A model generated the notes under the pieces. It did no database searches. It saw only the letters and a program-made list of their open reading frames with translations, and was not told the origin of the DNA. From a virus: DNA of 64,000 nt. Below, piece by piece: positions 52,601 to 60,100 of this stretch. The stretch covers positions 54,326 to 118,325 of the IMG/VR virus record IMGVR_UViG_3300042291_000666, one strand, 5' to 3'. Positions within the stretch are counted from its first letter, which is position 1, and every line of letters begins with the position of its first letter. The translations under genes and the position numbers were made by a program.

Positions 52601-55600
52601 AAGAGCTAAGATGCAGAATGCAGCATACTATAGTGCTTATAGTTCTATAATGGCTGAAGACATGGGTGTAATGCATACTGTTGATGATATTAGTTTAGTT
52701 GCTTTAGAGGAGCCAGTAGGAGTTTCTGCATTAACAGGGAAAAATATTGATAGATCAGATGCTCAAATGTGGATGACTACAAAAGCATTTAGATATATGT
52801 GGTTTGGATTTGGTAAACTTAATCCTGCTCAAGCAAAACTTATTGATAAAATAGAAGCTGGTGAAAAAATAACTTCTGAAGAATTGTTTGGTCAAGATGG
52901 TTATGTTGATATGGGTAGTATGCTTAACTCTAAAAAGTTAGTATATGGTGATGGTAAAACATTTATTAAAATGTCTGCCTTTGTATTGACACCTGAACTT
53001 ACATCTAATAAAGTAGTAGATGAGAATGGTAATGTAACTTGGGTTGCTAAAGAAACCAGATCTGAATTACATGATTTAAGAATGAAGCTTGAAGGCATTG
53101 AAGCTTTACCTGGAAAACAAACTTTAGGTATAGCCGCTCCATTGAGTGCATTGAAAATGCTTAAACAAAGAGTACAGACATTAAATAGAGTTGGTGAAGA
53201 TAAAGCATTTGAAGAAGGTGATTATACTACACTATCTGCAAAATACATGGGTCTTCAAGTATTAACACCTTCAAACAAGACAGAAGTTATTGATGCAACT
53301 CAAGTAAAGAATATTGTTACTTCAGAGCAAAAAGATGATGTTTTTGTAGAAGCTTTGGGAATGACTGTTGGTCAAATTAGAGCTGCATATAATCTTGCTA
53401 CCTCAACTAAAGTTGAATTAAAGTTTAAAAATAAAAGAAACTTAATTTTTAGTTTTGATAAAGGAATGCAAGAACTTGCAATTTCTAAAGAAAATAATAA
53501 ATTAACTCCTAACTTAACAGCATTCTTAAGATATGCTACAGAGGGTCTTAAAGCATCTCAAGCAAGTAGTAACTTGTTAGAGTTCTTTTCAACTCAAGAT
53601 GGAGAACAAAAGTATGATTTAAATAATCCTATTACCTTAAATAAATTTGAACAATTGTTTTTAAGTTATTTGAGTAAAGGTACACTTGCTGAAAAAGCAC
53701 CTGGTCATGCTGTAGCTTTAGTATCTGATTTTGGTACTAAGGTTTATAGAAGAGTATTCAGTGTAGATGAGAATGGTATTCCTGATAGATCTGAAGTTAT
53801 AAGAGAGAATGTTTGGAATAGTTTAGCTAACAAACCTGATATTATAGAATCAACTAATATAGGTGGTGAAAGATCTTGGAGTGGTATTAAAATTCCTAAA
53901 GAAGGTATTGTTGTACTTGACCGTTTAAGATCTGGTGTAAAAGAATATGATAAAGATGGTAAGTTTACAGGTGAAAGATATACTGAGATGCTTATGCCTG
54001 CTCATTTTAAATCTGTAATGGATTTAGTTGAAAACGCAAATGGTTCATTTCCTGATGTATTATCAAAAATGTTTGGTGTACGTATTCCATCTCAAGATAA
54101 TCATTCAACAATTAACATTAAACATGTTGATTTCTTGCCTGCATTCTATGGTTCATCTGCAATGTTTGCTCAAGAACTTATTGAGATATCAGGAGCGGAT
54201 TTTGATATTGATAAAGTTTACATGCAAATCAAAGAGTTCTATGAAGAGGGTGGGCAGTTTTATGAGTATGGTAAACAAACTACAGAAAACGGTAAGTATA
54301 CAGATTATTTAAAATATGTATCTGAAAAAGTTAAAGTATCAGGTACTACTTATGCTGAGGCAGTAGAGTTATATGACAAGGATGAGCAAGGTGCAACTAT
54401 TGAAAATTCTGTAACTGATGTAGAAGAAGAAATAGCTTCTGATGCTGGATTATCAGAAGATGGAATTAAAGCTTTAAAAATCTTAGGTTTACCTATTACA
54501 AAAGAACAATACTCAGAATATAAAAAGAAATTCCGTGAGCCATATGAAGCTCCAATGAACAATGCAATACTAGATTACAAGTATGCATTGATGGGTAATA
54601 CTGGTGTAACAGAAACAACAAATGAAAATGAAACACCAATTTCATATACAGCTGCTAGTTTGCAAATATTAACTGATGAATTAAAAGCATTAGAGCAATT
54701 ATTACCGGGGTTACTTGAACGTTCAAGAGAAGATGATATTGATATCAACAATATGATTGGTAAGATCAAAGCATTTACCAATAATAAAGGTGCTGCTATT
54801 GGAGCCATTGTATTACCTAACGTATACTTGAGTTTACTAACTGAGTATGGTATCAAAATAAATCCTGATGGTCCACAAATTACCATTAATGGTGTTACTT
54901 ATAATGACTTTGGTGTAACCAGAGAACAATTAGCAAATGGTTTAGAAGGATTGCGTAAGCAAGATATTATTTCAGCATTGATTACAATGGCTACAGATAA
55001 TGCTAAAGAACGTCTTGTTGCTAAACTTGGTTTAAATAAACATGCTCTTGGTGTGGTTGCTAACTTAACTGCTTTAGGTGTTCCTATTAAAACATCTTTA
55101 TTGTTGATTAACAATCCAATGATACAGGATATATATTCTCAAGCATTAAATAAAAAAAATAAGTTAGATCCAGGGGTTCCTACTTTAGTAGACAATATGA
55201 TAGTTGAGTTATTAGAAAAAACAAAAGCTATTAAAAAAGATGATCTAGAAAAAACATTAGCAAACATGGGTATAGATTTTACTACCTATGATGAAGTTAC
55301 TGATGCTTTCTTAATAGATGCGTTTAATAACCCGGAAGAAGTTACTGATAAAGAAAAAATTGCAATATTAAATTTATTTTCAAATGCTGTAAAAGTTAAA
55401 GACTTTACAAGTAATATGTCAGCTATTGCTGGTTTAACAAATGGATTAGGAAAAGATATCTCAGCAGTTAATGAAAAAGCTTTACAAATAGATAAACTAT
55501 TTGATGAAAAAGCAATGATGGATTTAAAACCAATATACAAAAGCAATACTTGGCAATCAAAATATCTTGATATATTTAATCAAATTAAAAATGAATTGTT

Positions 55601-57116
55601 GCCTGTTACATTCTTAACAGCAAGTGAAAACTTTCAATCAATACTAAGTGAAGTATATGAAAATGTAAATTCTAATTCAAATGATTTTAATGAAGAAGTA
55701 AGAACTAAAATATCAAAAGATTTATTGTCATACTTAACTATTAAAGCATATCAAGAAAATAAATTAAAAAATGATCCACAATCTGTGGCTACTTTAAATA
55801 ATGAGTTGATCTATCCTGGAGGAGGTTACCTATCAATTAATGATATTGTTGATAGATTACGCACAACAGAAGCAGGTCAAAATAATTTCTTCTTAGATAA
55901 CTTTGCAATAAATGTAAAAGCAAGTGATGCTAAAAATCAAACTGGTTTAAATACAGTTGATGCAAATACTTTTAGAAGTTTGAATGCTGGTCAAAAAGTA
56001 GATTTACAAAATTCATTTGCTAAACTATATGGTTCTTTAGAAACTAAAAATGATGCTTTATCTGTGATTAATTATATCATGGTTAAAGACGGATTACAAT
56101 TGGGTTATGCTTCTTTATTAGAAGCTATCAGTCCTTTTGTAATGGATGCATATCTAAGTCAAATTGAAACAGCAAATGTTGCGTTAAGAAGTAATGATGA
56201 TGCAAAAGTTAAAGAAGCCTTTGGTTTAAATACAGCAGAATTAAAATCTGATTTTGTTAATAATTATTTGTTATCAAATATAAATGGACCTTTATTGTAT
56301 ACATTTAACAGTAAGTTTGCACCTAAAGGGGTTAATGTAAAGAAAGAAAACAATATTACAACTGAAGTTAAAGTTGATTGGAATCAGATTAATGGTGGTA
56401 CACCTACACGTTTTATTAGATTAAAAACAGAAGATGTATTAGGTAATACCTCTTATGAAACTTTTGCATCTATATCAAAACCTGAATTAACTACACAAGT
56501 TTATAATAAGGTAGAAACAAAAGGCTCTAATCAACAAAACCCAATTGGATTTATGTTTGGAGAAAGACCTACATATAAAGCTGTAAGACAGATGATTAAA
56601 GCTAAAAATGCAAATACAGGTCAGGATGCATATGTAGACAGCGTGACTTATGAAGCAACAGAAAATTATGCATTATCAGCAACTGAAATGATTCAACTAG
56701 GTGCTTTAAATGATGAGAATGCTGACATTGAAGCAACTGAGTTTGGTGTTAACATTAATGGTAACAACATTGCTAATATTAGTGCAATGGAAGCATTGCT
56801 TGCTGCTGAACCAAAAGAAAAAGCAGAAGAGATTGAGTCAGATATTACTGAAATTGGTGAAGCAACAACACTGCTTGATTCAATGAGTGATCTTGAAAGA
56901 GAGTTGTATGACGAGATGAATGCTGAAATAGAAAGTGATTATTCAGCAATTGAAAATTTCTGGGATGCTAACATTCAAAAAAACTCAGAAGCTAAAGAAA
57001 ACTTGAGAGTAAATAATAATGTATTATCTTTGGAAGATCTTATAGATATGTACAACAATGGTATATATGCAAATCAAGAAGAATTTATTGATCAAATTAA
57101 AAAATGTAATCTATAA
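43608..57116 (+). CDS. Giant virion-packaged RNA polymerase protein (hydrophobic N-region, zincin domain, single-chain RNAP)
   Basis: 4502 aa. RIPSQ...SGADFDIDK (DFDID at 54198-212) is the catalytic motif of crAss-like RNAPs (phi14:2 gp66 type). HEAFH (49764) plus EEYLADEF is a zincin motif. Hydrophobic Gly/Ala helices lie near the N-terminus. Confidence 0.9.
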   Translation: MENQVQNNSLDQTIINNQVSEDVIPKDNSFESVKEMFNTPVNDILMSKMDVAAFEQLDLLKPMIDATGMRSNGNGAARRPTLATNTFDPVLQQNPPNINEPGGIQRMMEQKVKTGFQQRQANRAPGTGIASPTFSSMQQTNFKRYYEHPEFQTLGWKPYADNEAYYNANSTIYDDMSRMWGQFGSLVGTGFMSGYRAIGDMVTGGSNVVDLKSANEFEEAMAIGSSSREGGMAWTNNLLLNSGYTVGIISSIALEEVALAALEVGTFGGATPLVAGRTTLNAARLAEAVGRATTVGRMASSGRTMMNTLKGIDTAKDFWQASKLGGKAVASIFAPGTIAAVNRLHTTEVVAQNLNNLAKASEYAGAFYRDVRALNLALSESKLEAGMVFNQMMKDGMNIKYAENNGGSVTSEQMSDIANNAHKAAFATEMWNMPAIFLTNKLVLGNSLGGFNKSLGRIFNEQASGVGNRIIKTAQTVGKDGIKALSPFKDAGTGLKGLATTIANAGVKGNITKLGQGSLRYFAANLGEGIQELSQEAISVGTKNYYTSVLKDPMNGGPELYKASVNAGLGSQLSAQGFDTFMSGFLMGGVVSGPQKLFFQGVPALYQRVSNPEKFAQYKQDRTDYIKKVVDTYNAVWNAQAEDPNSIFDAKRFNFLQQKAAAEYKTLSAFAMDRFYFTDETDFAKFNQIHTVLSTGGAALFQDQLADYMKMSDQDLAEAFPSSKADVKNGKIRERLQSMINQIDSTEEIYQKSKDRNPNPFTPDSYEKGSREWQQESIKKIAFEHARYLYMFTQDGFTRALERSNSIFQNLATEPLFDKMAANDLTVLLDERSIDNEIQMLMQEADILSQDKANDSKVKDKTEKVKRLLSFKIVLSENQNKDGSFDKRKINLLRKEFESYVKHMAEASGTFVNKDAVDDALKQIIDYTALKGRAKMYDKAIEYLNNPEKFNEVFERSAEVIQDEFKNRKKRFEEQVLAYTDVIERNELANQIAKAGFIPANDEMKMFLETGDTKYLKTFYNQKGEVLDSRDKLDLEEIQALLNTYEQTRPDKKVEEDVKDEEEIAEEGRADIDDILVTAGVTTEVSVKNSSLLDNAIKKAYDKYSAMETRAGKKPMSLENWITGDGGKNLRATFIAVKRIWVENDLLINPNNPLTEQEIENETKFLPWLQSQEGKTNDLVQAVVNAVGLTIEDITGQVELLPAQGENIEGNENATVVEKGEVISLIELNTVDPDGNTFKSYQLVDQYKQPLDEETLTRYDIPTLGIYDEASKAEGIKMQKALNDLIPDSTKFTFAGATLNYGQLIYDKTGLEFIILSDPKQIKKDGKLLIIPSNEISPIIKETERSTQPITAKEFTNSFSVQDLNVKLLPSNVARLNINEPIQPYPYRNKDAGTDDWSETNEQAIARYNLIMSVLTPEEVSGLELVVSADPEGGTEGPLLFIPGSKEANPYIQTVRAKYSVGIRIANPAVQAKVDAIVEKMGLTKSTSTNGVFAFMQNNNFVITNSQGTVIDPVNMTMDEYKNIIYIPEGMVKNPETDLKRAQDNFALNNVLSAALPGLVAKYPNGIIPMSELPNGLSFVYKEAVMMYDKSPKSLTDLQFNAADINGNYLIYQSEIVRDEDGKPVKPFQRTKIAISNLEGQARRQLINEVEANLSEEDLAKLVSGQDAYNAIVLMPDGKYKVVNLKAKSIDKASLIEKFTAIINKAQLTLTENPEKSDSFNKNANSDYNQNLANEIFVSTKNGYKISLQVSPWGKIELDLYDTVNKKKLGVVRLKPTAKASVDEQLKTLLDDFNALPGVIDAGIKITPENFRESFPRDISAKDLIEKTTTEVAPKVASNSKIELSGDSSAIQTAVNIPISTQGTFTPTETFTDAQGNSIPKGPELTTAATPEEVADNVNADNINPEDINIDEINLLRNAVRLSNLEDVKQQLETLKAKLTEGLVGAAKIKAVKESKEYADLLAKRKKLESEANKVVSVQDAIVDAEDIDVFTEWAAASLPEFISIEDIETLGNNLKAGGVRVGAFVLGLNNIGGGLTVNGTLFTGAKSPFKYHEAFHGVFRMLLTDAEIKKYLAIARKEVRAKLRAEGKSFEAELQRFKNSADTYSNMSRERLEQEYYEEYLADEFEKFKANAKSTQTDSSVKSLFTRIMEWIKSVFNSFTKNQLLTLYENIDAGKFKTASITSNQFVNSLMTGISLEANALIPYDTEQNANNKVGYYFLDSVIAEPLVSGIAAMYIQEIAKVKDPNVKRGDILDNVINDFAALYDEESESNQNLSDDQKKFLPQISEVFYNFSDELKAEVFKVLNIITKQTQEEEYNNEYFEEQVGLRNTEQYNMDASMIGGFGSLSEGLRSYLATTTIAETDYFGNKELKPGVKLIVPINFVSAYNGLLKAVKNIEDPKKMLQNMYFFGLDNPQTGAVVTRLLQDFGLSVETLLEPGPLPTKIKNAALFQSVVKGFTTFRVDYLFVQRDDAGAVLIYSAAERDDINSQLESWSQAWGQAEKKIKADPKVRKETLDTLEDFASYLQPSDKIISDAELTELSSQYSQDIFRLTGIKLSKQFIVFSIASSRNNPTPMQAALINAYSEQTPVNYNDMLEINKLIQDGSDLFSEGKKGAESRIKKLAIQNAAFDETIGASVFKNPEGNLVYAHQLPTFHLKRIQELNDVAELERLKESDPYLANNFLLNSEAFLQMSAENRQKVLRIAGSSVGKINNTEEELNDKISGVSNKSTYGNYTPQEFTLSILNTYTALLNTKSNKVEYVEYFDNKLNKNVRSALAPVLLRVLEASNTGDLMYLPVIKAVKFEKAGGGKVVLTDETVNIFVDNIKNEYNRITRESNPETRTEETQLGYNTENGRAFKLTNTGLFVTPDLKASLETIATRENAPSFEEALKELNITDNKFRSIVNQQLENQYDKFSKGLNDLQIEDQLSKSITEGLAVDKKGDKNLIDSAELLNLTYDKEYNLKQIFFNDWVNTLSINEVLLGDQAVTLKDGVDAVKRAKMQNAAYYSAYSSIMAEDMGVMHTVDDISLVALEEPVGVSALTGKNIDRSDAQMWMTTKAFRYMWFGFGKLNPAQAKLIDKIEAGEKITSEELFGQDGYVDMGSMLNSKKLVYGDGKTFIKMSAFVLTPELTSNKVVDENGNVTWVAKETRSELHDLRMKLEGIEALPGKQTLGIAAPLSALKMLKQRVQTLNRVGEDKAFEEGDYTTLSAKYMGLQVLTPSNKTEVIDATQVKNIVTSEQKDDVFVEALGMTVGQIRAAYNLATSTKVELKFKNKRNLIFSFDKGMQELAISKENNKLTPNLTAFLRYATEGLKASQASSNLLEFFSTQDGEQKYDLNNPITLNKFEQLFLSYLSKGTLAEKAPGHAVALVSDFGTKVYRRVFSVDENGIPDRSEVIRENVWNSLANKPDIIESTNIGGERSWSGIKIPKEGIVVLDRLRSGVKEYDKDGKFTGERYTEMLMPAHFKSVMDLVENANGSFPDVLSKMFGVRIPSQDNHSTINIKHVDFLPAFYGSSAMFAQELIEISGADFDIDKVYMQIKEFYEEGGQFYEYGKQTTENGKYTDYLKYVSEKVKVSGTTYAEAVELYDKDEQGATIENSVTDVEEEIASDAGLSEDGIKALKILGLPITKEQYSEYKKKFREPYEAPMNNAILDYKYALMGNTGVTETTNENETPISYTAASLQILTDELKALEQLLPGLLERSREDDIDINNMIGKIKAFTNNKGAAIGAIVLPNVYLSLLTEYGIKINPDGPQITINGVTYNDFGVTREQLANGLEGLRKQDIISALITMATDNAKERLVAKLGLNKHALGVVANLTALGVPIKTSLLLINNPMIQDIYSQALNKKNKLDPGVPTLVDNMIVELLEKTKAIKKDDLEKTLANMGIDFTTYDEVTDAFLIDAFNNPEEVTDKEKIAILNLFSNAVKVKDFTSNMSAIAGLTNGLGKDISAVNEKALQIDKLFDEKAMMDLKPIYKSNTWQSKYLDIFNQIKNELLPVTFLTASENFQSILSEVYENVNSNSNDFNEEVRTKISKDLLSYLTIKAYQENKLKNDPQSVATLNNELIYPGGGYLSINDIVDRLRTTEAGQNNFFLDNFAINVKASDAKNQTGLNTVDANTFRSLNAGQKVDLQNSFAKLYGSLETKNDALSVINYIMVKDGLQLGYASLLEAISPFVMDAYLSQIETANVALRSNDDAKVKEAFGLNTAELKSDFVNNYLLSNINGPLLYTFNSKFAPKGVNVKKENNITTEVKVDWNQINGGTPTRFIRLKTEDVLGNTSYETFASISKPELTTQVYNKVETKGSNQQNPIGFMFGERPTYKAVRQMIKAKNANTGQDAYVDSVTYEATENYALSATEMIQLGALNDENADIEATEFGVNINGNNIANISAMEALLAAEPKEKAEEIESDITEIGEATTLLDSMSDLERELYDEMNAEIESDYSAIENFWDANIQKNSEAKENLRVNNNVLSLEDLIDMYNNGIYANQEEFIDQIKKCNL

Positions 57117-57122
57117 TAAGCT

Positions 57123-60100
57123 ATGGCAAGATGTCCTAATAAAAACGCACCGGAATATAAAGCTTTACAAGAAGTTTATAAAAGTGAAATTGCAACAAAC
57201 AATATTATCAATACTTGGCAAGATGCAAACAACACAGATGTTTTTCCTACTGTAGTTGAAGCAAAGCAATTTGCTCAAAACAATAAAGTTGCTTTTGCAT
57301 TAAAACAAAAAAGTTTTGCTGAGAGCTTATTAAATAATTTAAGAAACAAAAAACTTATTCATAGTGAATTTGGTTTAAATCTTATCAATGCTTCAGATCC
57401 AAACGTTTTTTATACTGAAAGAGTTGCTGATTCAGCAGTTGTTGAAGATAACAAAAGAAAAATAGAGCAATATCTAAAGACTAATAATATTCCTTTAGAT
57501 GCTATTTCTATTATAAAGACTGATAAAACATATAAGATTATAGTTGATCAAAATGTTTTTACACCAAAAGATTTATTACCATCATCTAGAGCTTGGGATA
57601 CGCCAAGAGCTAGAGCAGTTGTAATGCATTTGATGAGAATGTTTCCTGAAGTAAAAGTTAAAATGCTTAGTCCTACTGAAGCTGAAGCTCTTTATAATAC
57701 AATACCAAAAAGTGATAAAAGTAAAGTCAACTTTAAAAATGTAAATTCATTTTATTATAAGAATGTTGCATACCTGGTTAAAGGGAGAGTTACAGATGAA
57801 ACTGCAATTGAAGAAATGCTTCATCCTTTCATTGATGCAATTAAACTAGATAACCCGCAATTATTTAATGGGTTACTTACAGAAGCTAAAGCAAACTTTC
57901 CGGAGATGGTTCAGTCTATTACTGAAGCATACAATGCAAATAGAAACTTTAGTCAATTAGAAAGAGATCTTGAAATAGTAACTCAAGCATTATCTAGACA
58001 TTTTAATAATGAATATGAAACAACTCCAACTAAAAAATTCTTAGATAAAATCAAAGAAGCTTTAGAGTGGTTTGCAAAAGTCATTAATAATTTAAATGAA
58101 TATATAACAGGTAAACCTTTAACAGTAAAAGCTATTAATAATAATACTACGTTTACTGATATTGCTAAACTTTTAAATACAGAAGGTATAAGCTTTAATC
58201 TGGGTACAAGTTCAAATGGAAAAGTAAGATATTCATTATCACCAGCAAAACAAAAAATTGTAAATACTGTATTAGCAACAGCTAATCCAATTCAAACACA
58301 AATAATTAAAAATTTATTTCATGTTGCTACTAATTCTAAACAAGAAATAGATTCATTATCTGTAAACATAAGTGATACTAAATCTGCAAATACAATTGTT
58401 GTTCTTAATGAAGAAGATCATACATATGTTGATATTACTAACCGTGATATTTATAAATCAGCAACCACAGCAATTAAAGGTCAGCTTAAAAATCAAGAAG
58501 AAGTTCAACTTAATTTAGTTGTTGGTAATGAAGTAGATGCATTATTAGATTCTTTAGTATCTAATGAATCATTTGAAGAAGCTTTTCTTAAAATGAAACT
58601 TTTAACTAAAGAACAAGCTGAGAAAGTATTTAACATGTTACAAGATCAGCTTACTCAATTAAAGCCTTTAAACTCTGTTGCTATTTCACAAGTTGTTGTA
58701 TTTGATGAAGCAACAAGAATTGCAGGTACAGCAGATTTAGTTATTATAGATGAGTATGGTAGAATAAGAATTGTTGACTTAAAAACAAGTAAGTCTTCTA
58801 TTAAAGATATGTTTAGCAAAACTGTAAAGCAGAATAACATACCACAAAAACTATCAGGCACAAGATATGAAATGCAAGAGTATGATTTAAATGAAGATTC
58901 TTTTGTCTTAGATAAAAATGGTAAACCTGTTTTAGATGCAGATGGTAATCCAATAGTTGAATTTCTTGGTAGTGATCTAAAAAAACTTTATGGAATAGAA
59001 AAATTATCTACTAGAGGTCAACATGGTTTACAAGTAAATCTTTATAGACGTATGTTTGAAAACATGGGTTATACGGTTTATGAAGGTGATGAAGGTGCTG
59101 TAACTATTCATATAAGAGCAGACATAACAGGTAAAGGAAAAGATCAGGTATTTAATGGTACATTTGAAATAGACGGTAAAGTAGAACATCCATTACTTAT
59201 AAATCATAAACCATCAGAAAACTTACTTTATGTTAATATGCTTATTCCATCTGTAGAAATACTTGATAAAAGTATTAGTGCAGCAGAGGATGCTATTTAC
59301 CGTGGTAGTGAAGATATAGAAGCTATGGAGCAACTAGCTGATACAGTAGAAGCTCAACAGTATTCTGAGTATAATACTATTACAACTGCATTAGAAAACT
59401 ATGCTCTTGCTTTAGTAGAACAAGATAAAGCTTTGGATAAACTTAAAAATAATGTATTTAGAGATAAAACCAAAGAGCAAACCAGAGATGATATTGCAAG
59501 TACGTTAGCCTATATTGCTAGTAATATTAATACAGGACCGATAGCTAGATCTCAAACATATACTCAATTATTAAGAAGCTCTTTAAATCAAATGCAAAAA
59601 TTTAGAGAGTATGTTGAAAATCCAGATAATGTAAGTAAACCGGAATACATCACATATGTTTTAAACTTTGAAAGATTTTTAAGTACATTTAATGCTTTAT
59701 ACGCAATTAAAGATTCTAAAGAACTTAATGCTACTCAAAGAACATTGGTTCTTCAAATGCAACTTGAACATAATAAACTTGTTGGACCTGACAAAAGTGA
59801 AGGTTTAATCAATGATGCTATTATAAACTATGTAAAAGAAACCATCAGACTCAGATCAAGTAATGATTGGGGTGGAAAAGGTAGTGCCTTTACACAAGAT
59901 ATGTTGGATGACCTTATGGTTATGGCTCCTGATATTGCAATGGATGCATTAAATGCTCAAGATATGGCTACTCAAAAAGATCCTATACTTGCTGTAATGG
60001 ATAAAATATATAAGAGTCAAAAACAAAAACTTTTAGATAGAATAGAAGAAAGAGAATACTCAATTAGGAATGCGGGTAATACTTTATTAAAATTATCAGC

